A DNA stretch of 35,068 bases, from the IMG/VR virus record IMGVR_UViG_3300017744_000057, positions 1 to 35,068 of that record; one strand, 5' to 3'. A program made the translations under genes and the position numbers. Below, piece after piece: positions 8,451 through 19,200 of this stretch; position 1 is the stretch's first letter, and each line of letters opens with the position of its first letter. Origin of the DNA: a virus. Its lineage: Duplodnaviria; Caudoviricetes. The notes beneath the pieces are model-generated. The model did no database searches. It was not told the DNA's origin and saw nothing but the letters and a program-made list of their open reading frames with translations.

Positions 8451-11201
8451 TTAGAAGTTCTCCTTAATATCTTTAAATATGTCTTTTTGCACACCCTCTG
8501 TTTCCTCTACTTCAGCCCTTGAAATTGATGCATTTGGACCGATTCCGTATTTAGCTAGAGTTTCCGCATCTAATCTTAAGATCTCTTCGAAGTAATTTGC
8601 CAATGACAAGCCGACTCTTGTTGGTGGGATATCGTTAGTCCTGTTCTGTCCATCTTTTACAGACTCGCCCCCCTTAGCCTTTGCTTGTCTTGGGTGCCAA
8701 AACCAAGTTGCGGTCAAGTTTGTTGTATAACTGCCTAAACTAATTGAATCATTTACTCTTTGAATTGCATAATATCCAGATATGCCAGGATCAAAATCAT
8801 CGTTTTCAATGCCCAATAGGTTGGATGGAATGCCAAAAAAGCCCCCCTTGAAAAATACATTGTTGCCAATTGTTTCAACATTCGCAGAATAATGATATCT
8901 TAATAAGTTTGTTGCTGTATCTCTAAGATTTTCAGTCCATAATGCAAGTCTCATGCCTGCAAAATCGTTTGCATTAAAACTAATATTTTTCAACAAGCCT
9001 TCATCAGCACCAATCTTAATATGTGGGCAGCCAAACTGAATGTCATTGTCTTCTCTAAAATTAGTGTTTGCAACTTTTCTTTTTAAGTAAGCACTGCCAA
9101 TTGGCGAGCTTGGATTTCTTACTAAAGAATAGTGAACAAAAGTTCTTACATCTGTTCTAGTTCTAGTTTCTGATGTTCTTTTAACTCTACCTGATAACTG
9201 CCTGAGTGATTGTTTGTTTGTCGTATGATAAACATCTCTAAACAATTGTCTTGTTTGAGATCCAGGCTGCATTTCAGTTAGATAGTTTGTTCTTTGGATT
9301 GATCCAATTCTTGTTTTACCAAAAGTATCTATTGTATTGTCTTCTAGAATAGAGGGCACTAGCTTCTTTACAACATCTTCAACAAACTCACCTAAAGTAA
9401 AAATTAATCTACCTTTCTTGGTGTAGTGTTCGTAAAACCATTTTTGAAAATAAGTCAACTCAACTAAAACATCACCCATGTTTATAACATACTCTTTGCC
9501 TAAAGCTCTAGCATTAACATTTCCTAGGCTAGTAAAGTGTGCAATTTTTCTATCGTCTTCATTAAGTTGTCTATATGCTGCCGCAATTAAAGCTCTAACT
9601 GAAAAGAAAACTATGTCTCCAAACTTTTTATCACCAGCGGAAGTTGACTTAAGACCTTTTGGAGCATTAAAAGAAGAGCCAGCAAGATTATCTATTAGTG
9701 TCTCTTTCTGCTTTGCATTAGCACCCTCTATAGAACTTAAAATAATATTATCTTTAAAATCTGCAACAGAAAAACTAGTTGGCATCTCATACAGAAGGAT
9801 GTCCCTTAAAGCACCTTTTGTAACTCTGTCTTTAACAACCAAATTCAAAAATGCCTTCATGGAGAAATCTCTAGTATTATTTGTATTAGAGGCTGTTGAT
9901 TTTGTAGCAAAGTTTATCTTAAAAACATCCATGTGTGACATCATACTGTCAAGAAAGTTAGGCTTAACATACAAAGACAACTTGTCTTTCAAGCTATTGA
10001 TTTCAATATTTAATGTTTTCAACTGCTTCTTCTCTATATTAACTTTCTTTTCTAATTTTAGAATTTGATTAGTTTGTTGAGATTGTCCTCTAATCCTGGC
10101 GGCGCCTTTTCTTTTCTTTACGATTAGTCTAGATTCTTTTATTGACTTTTCTAATTCTTTTCTCTTTTTTCTTTTCTCTGTATAGGATTGAATAAATTTT
10201 TTAATTTGTGGATTTTCAGTTGAAAGGGCATTAATTTCTGGAATGTTTTCAGTTATTGAAATATCACTTGTTTCTTTTAACAAATCAAAATCTTGTTTTG
10301 ATGTATAATCTACAGTAAGTCTTACAGAACCATTTTGCTCAATATTGAAATTATGCTTGTAATAATTTAAAATAAATCTTTTTCTTTCTCTTCTTAAAAT
10401 TTCTTCTTGAATCGTCGGTGGAATGATAGTAGGGTCTGTAAATTTAGTGTTTAGTGAATACCCGTACTCCAACACGATTTGTTCTGTCTCTTGAGACAAG
10501 GGAGCCATAACCTTTAAAAAACTAAAAGGGGTTGGTAAGTCTCTGTTTGGAAAATTTAACTCTCTTGTTAGAATTCCTAAATTTTGGAAATAAAAACTTA
10601 TATTTGCTTTAACATTTAAAAAATTACCAAATTGTGGGAACTCTCTTTGTGTTGTAACTGATTCAATACCACAACCGTCACCTCTTGCAAACTTAGAGCT
10701 TAGAATAGGCATAAATTCTTCTTCAGTTGTAAAAGAAGGAAATGGTACAACAAACTCTTTCCAATCCTCTCCTTTATTTTTTCTATATCTGTAAATTAAT
10801 TTAATGAATGGCTGCAAGACAGCAAGTTCTGATGTGCCAATCTTAGTCATAAATTTTACATACTCATTATACTTTTTTTGTTCAACAGGGTCAATCTCTT
10901 TGTTCGCTGAATAAGATTCTTCAAACTCTTGATAAAGATTTGGGTTAAAAGATACAATATGTTCTTTACCCTTTTCTCTTACAACTTTTAGAATATTGTG
11001 ATCATCTTCTGGTATATTTTTGCACAATTGAAGAGGAAAAGTGTCATCGTATAAAACTTTAGCTATGCCAGACCTATTTGCTAAATTTGTGCCTCTATTA
11101 ATTTGAGGAGCAAATATATCAGATATAAACTGCTGTTTATTAAGACCACCTTTTGACAGTGGGAAAAACAAATTTAATGAGGAGTCAGAAGAGTTGCTCA
11201 T
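8451..11201 (-). CDS. Large tail/baseplate protein, putative baseplate hub (gp27/GpD-like C-terminus)
   Basis: Follows the LysM/gp53-like gene. The C-terminal ANVETIGN...GISGYYAIQRVNDSISLGSYTTNL resembles hub-protein beta-barrel ends. ATG at 11201, just after the upstream TAA, is preferred to TTG 11213. Confidence 0.5.
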   Translation of the reverse strand: MSNSSDSSLNLFFPLSKGGLNKQQFISDIFAPQINRGTNLANRSGIAKVLYDDTFPLQLCKNIPEDDHNILKVVREKGKEHIVSFNPNLYQEFEESYSANKEIDPVEQKKYNEYVKFMTKIGTSELAVLQPFIKLIYRYRKNKGEDWKEFVVPFPSFTTEEEFMPILSSKFARGDGCGIESVTTQREFPQFGNFLNVKANISFYFQNLGILTRELNFPNRDLPTPFSFLKVMAPLSQETEQIVLEYGYSLNTKFTDPTIIPPTIQEEILRRERKRFILNYYKHNFNIEQNGSVRLTVDYTSKQDFDLLKETSDISITENIPEINALSTENPQIKKFIQSYTEKRKKRKELEKSIKESRLIVKKRKGAARIRGQSQQTNQILKLEKKVNIEKKQLKTLNIEINSLKDKLSLYVKPNFLDSMMSHMDVFKINFATKSTASNTNNTRDFSMKAFLNLVVKDRVTKGALRDILLYEMPTSFSVADFKDNIILSSIEGANAKQKETLIDNLAGSSFNAPKGLKSTSAGDKKFGDIVFFSVRALIAAAYRQLNEDDRKIAHFTSLGNVNARALGKEYVINMGDVLVELTYFQKWFYEHYTKKGRLIFTLGEFVEDVVKKLVPSILEDNTIDTFGKTRIGSIQRTNYLTEMQPGSQTRQLFRDVYHTTNKQSLRQLSGRVKRTSETRTRTDVRTFVHYSLVRNPSSPIGSAYLKRKVANTNFREDNDIQFGCPHIKIGADEGLLKNISFNANDFAGMRLALWTENLRDTATNLLRYHYSANVETIGNNVFFKGGFFGIPSNLLGIENDDFDPGISGYYAIQRVNDSISLGSYTTNLTATWFWHPRQAKAKGGESVKDGQNRTNDIPPTRVGLSLANYFEEILRLDAETLAKYGIGPNASISRAEVEETEGVQKDIFKDIKENF

Positions 11202-11202
11202 G

Positions 11203-11547
11203 TTATAATCCAAAAATACTTAATGCTTCATCTAAGAACAGGGGTACTTGTACTACTTCTCCAAGTTCTACATGTTGCTCAGTTGGTTTTCCATTGAACC
11301 AAGCGATTACCCACCATAATTCTGGCGAGCCATAATACTCACTTGCTAATTTGTAAAACCTATCACCCCTTTTCCAAACAACAGACGTTGTTTCTATATC
11401 ATTATACTCGATCTGATTTGGATATTTTAGTAATGTAACTGGTAGTTGCCTAATACCTATTTCGCCGTATCTTTTTTTAAATGCCTTTCGATAGCCTTCG
11501 GTGGCATTTATAAATTGTAGTGAGTTTCTGTATCTTGATATCGCCAT
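11203..11547 (-). CDS. gp53: Baseplate LysM-domain protein (gp53/GpX-like)
   Basis: GDRFYKLASEYYGSPELWWVIAWFN...GEVVQVP LysM-like signature, in tail context. Confidence 0.78.
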   Translation of the reverse strand: MAISRYRNSLQFINATEGYRKAFKKRYGEIGIRQLPVTLLKYPNQIEYNDIETTSVVWKRGDRFYKLASEYYGSPELWWVIAWFNGKPTEQHVELGEVVQVPLFLDEALSIFGL

Positions 11548-11548
11548 A

Positions 11549-12397
11549 TTATTTTACCAAATCTGTTATTAAGCTTCCTATCTTTCTAGCTCGATTGCCA
11601 ATTGCATTTGCACTGGAAAGAGAATCGGTAACCAGTTCTACTGCTGCATCAACAGCATCAAAAATGCCATCACTTTGTTGGGCATTAAATGGAAGAGTGT
11701 CCCCTTGCAATGCATATGGGAACTGTTCTGAGTCGATAAACCCGCCAGTCTCAGGATCAAACCCAGGGGTTTCTTCATGAAGCACACTGAAACTAAATGA
11801 TAGCTCATAAGACTTAGCATATACAGTACCACCTGCATCGTCTTCTACTATAAAAATACCATTAGTATCAATACCATGAGTAATGTTGATACCTCCATTA
11901 ATATATCCCAACAGACCTCTGGTGGGGTTTGTGTAATCACAAATTAGATTTGCAAACTTAACTCTAATCAATGGAGGTGAGTTAATAATTCTAGTTTTGT
12001 TTGTTTCTGTTCGAACATAGCTTGGGTATAAGTTTTTTACGATTGTGTTGATATCTCTCATAATATCAATTGCATGTTGTTCATTGTAAGCAGGCATTGC
12101 TAATGAAAATGAAATTGCTCTTTTGGTTGATTGATAAACTGGAATGTCATCTTGACGACCAAACACAGAGATTGGGCTGAAGCTAGGTGTAAAAGTATCT
12201 TGTAGGGATTTCAAGTAAGCTGGGAATACTGCCGAATCGCCAGTTGTTGGAAACTCTAAAAATACATTAGCAAAAGGATACTTTGTTCTTAATTCTCTTT
12301 CCTCTGATGGACCACTAGAAAGCTTTGGATCTTCCTGTAGGGAGATGAATTGATTTTCTTGACTTCTTATCGCTCCAAATATTTTTTTATGAGACAT
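11549..12397 (-). CDS. Baseplate/tube-initiator protein (gp48/gp54-like)
   Basis: Lies between the tape measure and LysM genes. VFGRQDDIPVYQSTKRAISFSL and SPPLIRVKFANLI are tube-fold-like motifs. Confidence 0.55.
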   Translation of the reverse strand: MSHKKIFGAIRSQENQFISLQEDPKLSSGPSEERELRTKYPFANVFLEFPTTGDSAVFPAYLKSLQDTFTPSFSPISVFGRQDDIPVYQSTKRAISFSLAMPAYNEQHAIDIMRDINTIVKNLYPSYVRTETNKTRIINSPPLIRVKFANLICDYTNPTRGLLGYINGGINITHGIDTNGIFIVEDDAGGTVYAKSYELSFSFSVLHEETPGFDPETGGFIDSEQFPYALQGDTLPFNAQQSDGIFDAVDAAVELVTDSLSSANAIGNRARKIGSLITDLVK

Positions 12398-12409
12398 AAT
12401 ATGTTTTCC

Positions 12410-13873
12410 TTATTGACCTGGAGGCAAGGTTGCTCTACCACCACTAACACCTGTAACTCTTACCGCAACTCCTTTTTGAATTTGATCCATCAAGGCTTTT
12501 TGTTGAGCTTCAAGATTTCTCTGGATTTTATCCATTAAATTTCCAATTTGCTGTAGTCCCTGTTGTTGCAAGGTTTGATTAAGTGCTTCTAGGTTACTTG
12601 CCACTTTTTCTGCTGCTACTGTTTGCTTGTTGATAAGCTTGTCGTTTGTTATTTGTCTTCTCTGTGCCCTTGTTGTATTTTGATCTGCTAATTGTTTTTG
12701 ATCTTTTGCAGTCATAGCTGTCATTTGATCTGATTTATCAAGCAGCCGGTCTAGTTCTGGTCCAATACCTTTATCAATAAACCCTCTAATTGTTGCAACA
12801 TCAAACCCAGTTGTAGCCGATAATTGTCGAAGCAAGGCTCTCTGCCCTAATTCACTCATGCCTTTAATTCTACCGCCGACACCAGCGATCGATTCAGCTA
12901 AATATCGTAGCCTCTCTGGTCTGGACATTAATATTGCTTGTTGGGCATCGAAGCTGCCACCCAAATTTGAAAGCAGCATGTTAATCTGCCCACCAAGTTC
13001 AAAGCCGCCCTCAACAGTGTCGAATTTATCAACAACTCCAAGGAGCCCACTAACACTAGTACCAAGTGTTCTAGCCGCCTGTTGGAATACACTGAATCTT
13101 TTTAAAGCTTTGCCAGAATCTAAGGTAACAAAGAATTTGTCAATTGACCTATTAAAATCATTAAACACTCTAGTAAATGGTTGTCCAGTTTGCCTAGCAA
13201 AATTTAACAAGGTTCTAGAAAATTTGTCTGCTCCTGCTCCACTTAAATTGAATCCTTTATTTAAATTATTTAATAAATCAATAGTTTCAAATTGTTCTAC
13301 TCCAAATTTTTGATTAACTACAATAAGTTTTGTTAAAGCTTGCTCATTGTCTTTAAAAGTGCTAGAAGTCAATTCATTTAAATTGTCTCGCACTCGCAGG
13401 GTTGCACTAATCAAGTTGCTAAATTCAATGTTGTATGAGGATAGGCGGTCTTGCTGTTGTCTTAATGATAGAATGTATGCTCTGCTTTCGCCAACATTTA
13501 ATTTATTTAATTGAATTCTGTATTGCTCGATTGCATTCACATTTTTTGAAAGAAGATCTCCTACAACCTTAATGCCTGTTGCTATTCTTGAGTTAGACTT
13601 AAAGATTTCCACTGCGGAGGCTTCAACATCATTCAACCCACCTTTTAATTTCAAAAAGGATCCGAAGAGTTCATCAGCCACAGTACCAAGTTTTTTCATT
13701 CCCTTAGCAGCTTCATCGGAACCGCCCTTTGCAGCCCCACTAGACTTTATTTTTGCAACATATTTTCCATATGCATCACTATCGACCTGACGGAGTTCAT
13801 TTAAGAGTCTCTTCTCACGGTCGCTACCACGGCTAACACCATTTAGTGCAATTAGGATTTCATTCTTAGTCAT
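12410..13873 (-). CDS. Putative tape measure protein
   Basis: 487 aa, Ala/Leu/Gln/Gly-rich helical character, canonical position after the tube and chaperone genes. Confidence 0.65.
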   Translation of the reverse strand: MTKNEILIALNGVSRGSDREKRLLNELRQVDSDAYGKYVAKIKSSGAAKGGSDEAAKGMKKLGTVADELFGSFLKLKGGLNDVEASAVEIFKSNSRIATGIKVVGDLLSKNVNAIEQYRIQLNKLNVGESRAYILSLRQQQDRLSSYNIEFSNLISATLRVRDNLNELTSSTFKDNEQALTKLIVVNQKFGVEQFETIDLLNNLNKGFNLSGAGADKFSRTLLNFARQTGQPFTRVFNDFNRSIDKFFVTLDSGKALKRFSVFQQAARTLGTSVSGLLGVVDKFDTVEGGFELGGQINMLLSNLGGSFDAQQAILMSRPERLRYLAESIAGVGGRIKGMSELGQRALLRQLSATTGFDVATIRGFIDKGIGPELDRLLDKSDQMTAMTAKDQKQLADQNTTRAQRRQITNDKLINKQTVAAEKVASNLEALNQTLQQQGLQQIGNLMDKIQRNLEAQQKALMDQIQKGVAVRVTGVSGGRATLPPGQ

Positions 13874-13893
13874 TGACAGATTTTCCTCTAAAC

Positions 13894-13901
13894 TAAATAG
13901 C
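13894..13901 (-). promoter_or_regulatory. Candidate late promoter variant GCTATTTA
   Basis: Intergenic, 20 nt before the tape measure ATG. Confidence 0.55.
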
Positions 13902-13913
13902 TAGTTCAAAACA

Positions 13914-14082
13914 TTATTTTTCGTTCTCTTTTTTGAAGTATTTTATAGTTTGATCAAATATCCATGATCGTAGCACAACGGTAAACGAGTATAACTCGGA
14001 GAAACTAAAGTTAGTTCTCATTGTCATAACGAACATTTGCTCATATACAGAGTTAATATACTCAGTCGTCAATCCAAAAAAA
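13914..14082 (-). CDS. gp51-like tail assembly segment, probably expressed by frameshift from the upstream chaperone
   Basis: The frame overlapping the chaperone end reads ...AFFGLTTEYINSVYEQMFVM...FSFSELYSF...RSWIF..., resembling short T4-like gp51/GT C-terminal domains. It joins at a T7 run (14082-14076). Confidence 0.6.
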
Positions 14083-14958
14083 GCCTGCCCCGAGGGGCAT
14101 ACCTCCTTGATTATCATATCCGCACTCTTCACAAGTGTGCTCATAGGTTGTGTTAACATCTGGTTTGACTGCAACATAACATTTTTGCAAATATCTTGAG
14201 TCTCTTATAAGTAAAGAGTTTGCAAAAGAATTGATTGTGTTTGGGTTGGTATCACCATTTACTGATACAATTAACCTTCTGTGTGTTGTTGCAACACTAT
14301 CTTCAGGCAAGTTGTGCTTCTTTCTATTCTCGATTTGATTGTTGATGTATTCTTCATCTTCTGAATCAAACAATTTGAACTCAACAGTAGCTTTAGATAT
14401 GGGAGCTTCTACAACAAAAGTATTTCTATCGGTGATGTTGTATGCTTCAAAATCAATATCTAAATTTTTAATTTCGCTGATCTTGATTGTTTTATTATAA
14501 ACAGCAGAACAGTTCTGACAAATAGATTTAAATTCGTATTCATCACCGTAGGCATTCTTTCTACAATTTAAGATAACTGCTAGTTTGTCGCCCGGTAACA
14601 AAGTTTTTGATAATACTCTATCAACACTAACACTCTCAATTAACTTATCAAAGACAACACCTCTTTGAACATAAGAGGGTGAGGTAATAATATCCTCTTC
14701 TTTTGTAGTCATAAATCTAACTTCAATTGTTTTTTTATTGTGCCATGGATGATTTTGTGGATAAAATCTGCCTTCAGATGGTAGATCCACAAAATCTGTA
14801 GGAACATTGTAAGCTGCTACATTTACAGTTGCTACTGTTGGCTGTACTGGTTGTGGTACAGCTTGAGCGGCTTGCATAGCCTTTTGCTCTTGCTGCTTCA
14901 TGAACTGCTCAAATACCTCTGGTGGTATTTGGGTTCGACCCGAATTGTCTCTTGTCAT
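14062..14958 (-). CDS. gp26: Baseplate hub/tail assembly chaperone (T4 gp26-like)
   Basis: VDLPSEGRFY, VRFMTTKEEDII, R..AYG..Y, two CxxC motifs (CQNC, CEEC), ends FFWIDD. Confidence 0.75.
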   Translation of the reverse strand: MTRDNSGRTQIPPEVFEQFMKQQEQKAMQAAQAVPQPVQPTVATVNVAAYNVPTDFVDLPSEGRFYPQNHPWHNKKTIEVRFMTTKEEDIITSPSYVQRGVVFDKLIESVSVDRVLSKTLLPGDKLAVILNCRKNAYGDEYEFKSICQNCSAVYNKTIKISEIKNLDIDFEAYNITDRNTFVVEAPISKATVEFKLFDSEDEEYINNQIENRKKHNLPEDSVATTHRRLIVSVNGDTNPNTINSFANSLLIRDSRYLQKCYVAVKPDVNTTYEHTCEECGYDNQGGMPLGAGFFWIDD

Positions 14959-14971
14959 TATTTCCTCTTAT

Positions 14972-15628
14972 TTAGCCTAAAGAAAGCTTTGCCCAATCAT
15001 ATTGTACACTAACTGCAACATCTGTTAAGGCTTCGCCACTATATGATAAGGAACTAAATTTTAATCCTACAATCATTGCATTAAATATTTCCCAAGTCTC
15101 AACTGAGTTTCCATCTGGGTCTAACAATAATATTTTTACATTTCCCAAAGCTCTCACTAAGTTTTCTTTTGTGACATTCTTTGTTCCGTAAACTGATTCG
15201 TTCGCTGCCAACTGTGGATTACCAACTGCATCTAATGATTGTACTGCATCTGCTGTATTTACATTATCTGGGTAGTAATAACTTTGAGCTAAAAGTTTAT
15301 TCATTAAATTAGCACCAACTGTGCCATTACTGTTATCTAAGATTTCTCTAATTGTAAAGTTGATAGCATCCCATTTTACTCTGATTGGATAACGAACAAC
15401 ATGGTCTAGCAAAAGCTGTTCTTGTGTTTGAATAGTATAAGATGGTCTATCCACTTGAGTAATATAGGCTGCGGGTACATCATCAATTAGTAAGTAAAAG
15501 CGATGCTGTTGCTGTGCTGCAACAAACATACTATCTTGTTTTATTGGATTTTGTCCATTATACAAAGAAGAATATCTTTGATTGTTTGATAAAATACTGC
15601 TACCGTATGATTGTTTTGAATTACTCAT
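14972..15628 (-). CDS. gp19: Second tail tube-like protein (gp19 paralog)
   Basis: Aligns by eye with the adjacent tube gene: RFYL..DDVPA..ITQVDRPS, VKWDAI, VETWEI.N, LSYS.E.L, QYDWA. Confidence 0.8.
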   Translation of the reverse strand: MSNSKQSYGSSILSNNQRYSSLYNGQNPIKQDSMFVAAQQQHRFYLLIDDVPAAYITQVDRPSYTIQTQEQLLLDHVVRYPIRVKWDAINFTIREILDNSNGTVGANLMNKLLAQSYYYPDNVNTADAVQSLDAVGNPQLAANESVYGTKNVTKENLVRALGNVKILLLDPDGNSVETWEIFNAMIVGLKFSSLSYSGEALTDVAVSVQYDWAKLSLG

Positions 15629-15652
15629 TAAAATAATTAGTTAAAAACTAAA

Positions 15653-16198
15653 TTATTCAGTGGTACTGAAGGATTCTAATTCAGCCCAGTCGTATCTAAT
15701 CTGTAGCTGTAGCTCGATTAAGCCTTCGTCACTGTAGCTCATCTGGTTATAAGTTACTGACTTAACCCAAACATTGTTAAGTCTCCAAGTCTCAATTGTT
15801 TCACCAGCAGTGTTAAGAGTGTCAATTGTAACTTGACCTAACTGATCAATAAAGTTTGATTTTCCTAAAGACTTTCTTAGATAATTTGGATCTGATGGTG
15901 AACCACTAAAGTCGCTTGGGTAAACATAACCCGCATTTCTTACTAGGTCTAACAATCTTTTGGAGACATCGGGATCGATTGGATCTACTAAGGAAATACT
16001 GATCTCGTTCCAAGTTACACGACCTGGGAAGTAAAAGTTGTGAACCAAAAACTCATGGGTCGCTTCACCGACCGTAATTGAGGGTCTATCAGTTGTCTTA
16101 ACAACATAGGCTGGGATGCCTGCCAAGTTTAAAATAAATTTAAATTTTCTTTTTGGTTCTGTTAGTGGGTTAGCCCATACTGGAATTGCTGTAGCCAT
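15653..16198 (-). CDS. gp19: Tail tube protein
   Basis: EPKRKFKF, FPGRVTWNEI, IETWRLNNVW, IRYDWA. Directly downstream of the sheath, SD AGGAG. Confidence 0.88.
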   Translation of the reverse strand: MATAIPVWANPLTEPKRKFKFILNLAGIPAYVVKTTDRPSITVGEATHEFLVHNFYFPGRVTWNEISISLVDPIDPDVSKRLLDLVRNAGYVYPSDFSGSPSDPNYLRKSLGKSNFIDQLGQVTIDTLNTAGETIETWRLNNVWVKSVTYNQMSYSDEGLIELQLQIRYDWAELESFSTTE

Positions 16199-16219
16199 TT
16201 ATTTCTTGTCTCCTAAACC

Positions 16220-16227
16220 TAAATAGT
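16220..16227 (-). promoter_or_regulatory. Candidate late promoter ACTATTTA
   Basis: Intergenic, upstream of the tube gene SD. Confidence 0.65.
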
Positions 16228-16238
16228 TTCTCTTTAAA

Positions 16239-19200
16239 TTAATCATCAAATGATGCTCCAGTGTTGGTGATGATGAAGTCCAAAGCAATGTATTCAATTG
16301 CTCTTGCTGGCTTGATGAACAACTTGGCATACAAGATGTTTTGATCAATTAAGTCAGGTGTTGTGGTGGTTTCATCTAGAACCAACTTGTAGTCGGTTAG
16401 ACCAAAGCGAGTCTTAACATCATTCAAGAATGGAATAGCCTGATTCTTGAAATTATTCCAAGTGTCTGGTACATTTGGTTCAAATAGAACACCGTTAGAG
16501 ATTCTAGAAATACCTCTCTTAAGGAATACTAGAAGCCTGCGAACATTAATTCTATCTAGAGCAGATCTCTCAACTTGCAGGGTTTTTTGACCGAAGATGA
16601 CCACACCCTCATTTGGGAATGTAGCAATTGGATTGACACCAATTTCGTAGAGATCATCTCTGTCGTCCTTGAAGAGCTTAAGGGCTGTAGAAACGACTGG
16701 AAGCCCAGACACACCAGAGGATAGCCCACCACGGTTAAAGCCCGCAGGAGCGAACCATGGAGCTTGTACACGGTCTGTATAAGACATAGCACCTAGAGCA
16801 GCGATGGATGGTGGTACCCAAACATCCTTAGCATTAATACCATCACGAATCTTGACCCATGGGTAGTAAGTCGCTGCATAACTTGAGTTGTATTTTCTAC
16901 TCTTTACTTCATTAACTGCCTGTGTTAGATCACCATTTGAATCTACATTTAGATTAAATGTTGAAACACTAGAGTAGAGTCTTTCATGTCTTGGGATGTA
17001 TCCAAATGGAATATCAAACACTGCTAATGCATCTGCTCTTTCTGCTGTGTTAGCAACCATTTGATCAATTAAGCTTTCATTAATCAATCCAGGTACTGAA
17101 AGAACATTGTAAGAAATCTGCTCTGGGTTTCTAACAGTTTCAATAGCTCTGTAGTATGTAAACATCTCATAACTAGAGAATCTATCATTAATGCTTAAAC
17201 TGGCAATGTCATTTTGAGCTAATGGATCAGATTTTGTAATATCAAAACCATCAGTACCGCCAAAGAATAGAGTGGTTAGATTACCGGCGCCAGCATTTAA
17301 GACTGACTTGTATGTACCATGGTCGGCTGTTGGACCAGCATTAAAGTTTGATGGGTATGAACCAGTTGTTGATAGTGAGTATCCTCCTGCTCTTGAAGAT
17401 GTATCATAAATTAAAACACTCGCTGATGCTGCTAAGTTAGTGGTAGAGGCATTTAAGTCAGAACCGCTGATTACAACATTGTCTAGGAAGGTAATAAATT
17501 GATATTGTAAAACACTATCAACAGCATCGTATTGACTTGAAACATTAAATGGTTTAGTTCGAACTAAATCTACAGTATCGGCTTTAAAGTTATCACTCTT
17601 ATCTGGAGTTGGAAGAGCACCGAAGTGAGCAATTCTAAAATCTTCTAAATTGCTAGTGCTTGATCTAGTTGTGGCTGATGGGAAATTAACAGTAAAACCA
17701 CCGCCGACATGAACATCAGATCCACTTAAAATAAAGCCACCGCCGTAACCGCCGTCAGCATCAGTGCTCATGACTCTTAAGCCAAGACCACCCAAGATGC
17801 CATTTGTTTCTTGATCGGGTAGTGAACCTGAACCATTGGCTGGGGAATAAGATGTGCCAACAAACTTAGTTGGACCAGTTACACCAAACGGTGATAATCC
17901 TTGCATACCGCCAGCTTCAAATTCTGGATTTAATTCTACACGAATGTATTTTGATCTATTTTCGTACTCGCCTTTTTCAATAACACGATTACTGCCTTCA
18001 TCAAATGTATTGTACTTATCACCAATCTTATTGAGGATATAATCATCTGAATTTGGATTTAAGTTACAACCACTAAATCTTTCAACAGTTTGTACATTAT
18101 CATCAGAGTCTCTTAATCGTCTAACAGTAACATCAAATGTACCATAAGGATTGACATCTTCATTTATAGAGGCACGGATGTTTGAAACAGACACTTTTAA
18201 GTTTTGTTGTGTCCATTCGCCAGCATCTAAACCAACAAGCCGGAATAGCTTCTTAACTCTACCATTAGTAATATTGTTAGCCTCATTATCAGTATCCCAT
18301 GAAGCGGTATCAGCACTGGTATCTTGACTTAAAAACCATCCAGATTTAGAATATGTTGATGATTCAAGAGCACCTTTTCGCACATCGTGATAGACAACAT
18401 CATTAACTTCATTATCACCAGTTCCAATTGAGCCAGTTCCCAAGCCCACTATGGCAGCAAAATAGCCGGTACTACTATCCGGTACTGATGTTTCGTATGT
18501 TTCACCTAAGAAGTAGCTAACCTCACCATTTGCTGCACCTTGACGACCAAGTAAAGTAGGATCAGTGTTAAATACATTTCTTATGTAAGTTGAACTACCT
18601 TTATTAAAGTCAAATTCAAAAGTGCCAGATGGTAAGTTTGAACCAGTTTCAAAGGATACTTTAAATTTTTCATTGGCAGAGCCCATGAATAGAACTGTTG
18701 ATGTTCTGCTCATTGGAGAAAAATCTGGTCCTAATGAAGTGCCGCTTAAAAAGACAGAGCCTTCTTCTAAATACCATACGGCAGCAATTGAGCCAGTTAG
18801 ACCAGCGGCTGCTTCCATTGTTCCACTAGCCCAAACAGCTAGACCGTATGCACCACCAGCATTAGTTCCTGCATTGTAACTGCTGTCAAAATCAGCAGTA
18901 CCAACTTTCCATCCTGCTTCGCCACCAGTAGTTTTATTATCTGATTCAACACCTAAAGTTCTAACAAAGGTTAAAGCTTCGCCATTTCTTAACCATGATT
19001 GGGCAGCATAAGTGGCATACATTGGAGAGGTATAATTACCTTCTCTCCAAACATCGCCACCGGTACCGCCCGCTACTGGTTCACCAAAGGTAGCTACGAA
19101 ATCTGAGAAACTTCTCACCTCTACTGGGCTAAAAGCTGGACCTCTTGCTGCTCTACCAATTACACATGCACCAATTGCTGGCTCATCTGCTGGGATCTGC

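Noticed and set aside
5903-13878. Other TTGACA hexamers (minus 5903-5908, plus 13873-13878)
   Set aside because: No -10 element at 16-18 nt spacing.
14083-14177. ORF-track start of the 87-aa ORF at 14177
   Set aside because: The N-terminal part overlaps the chaperone in another frame and looks non-coding. Only the part after the T7 run looks protein-like.
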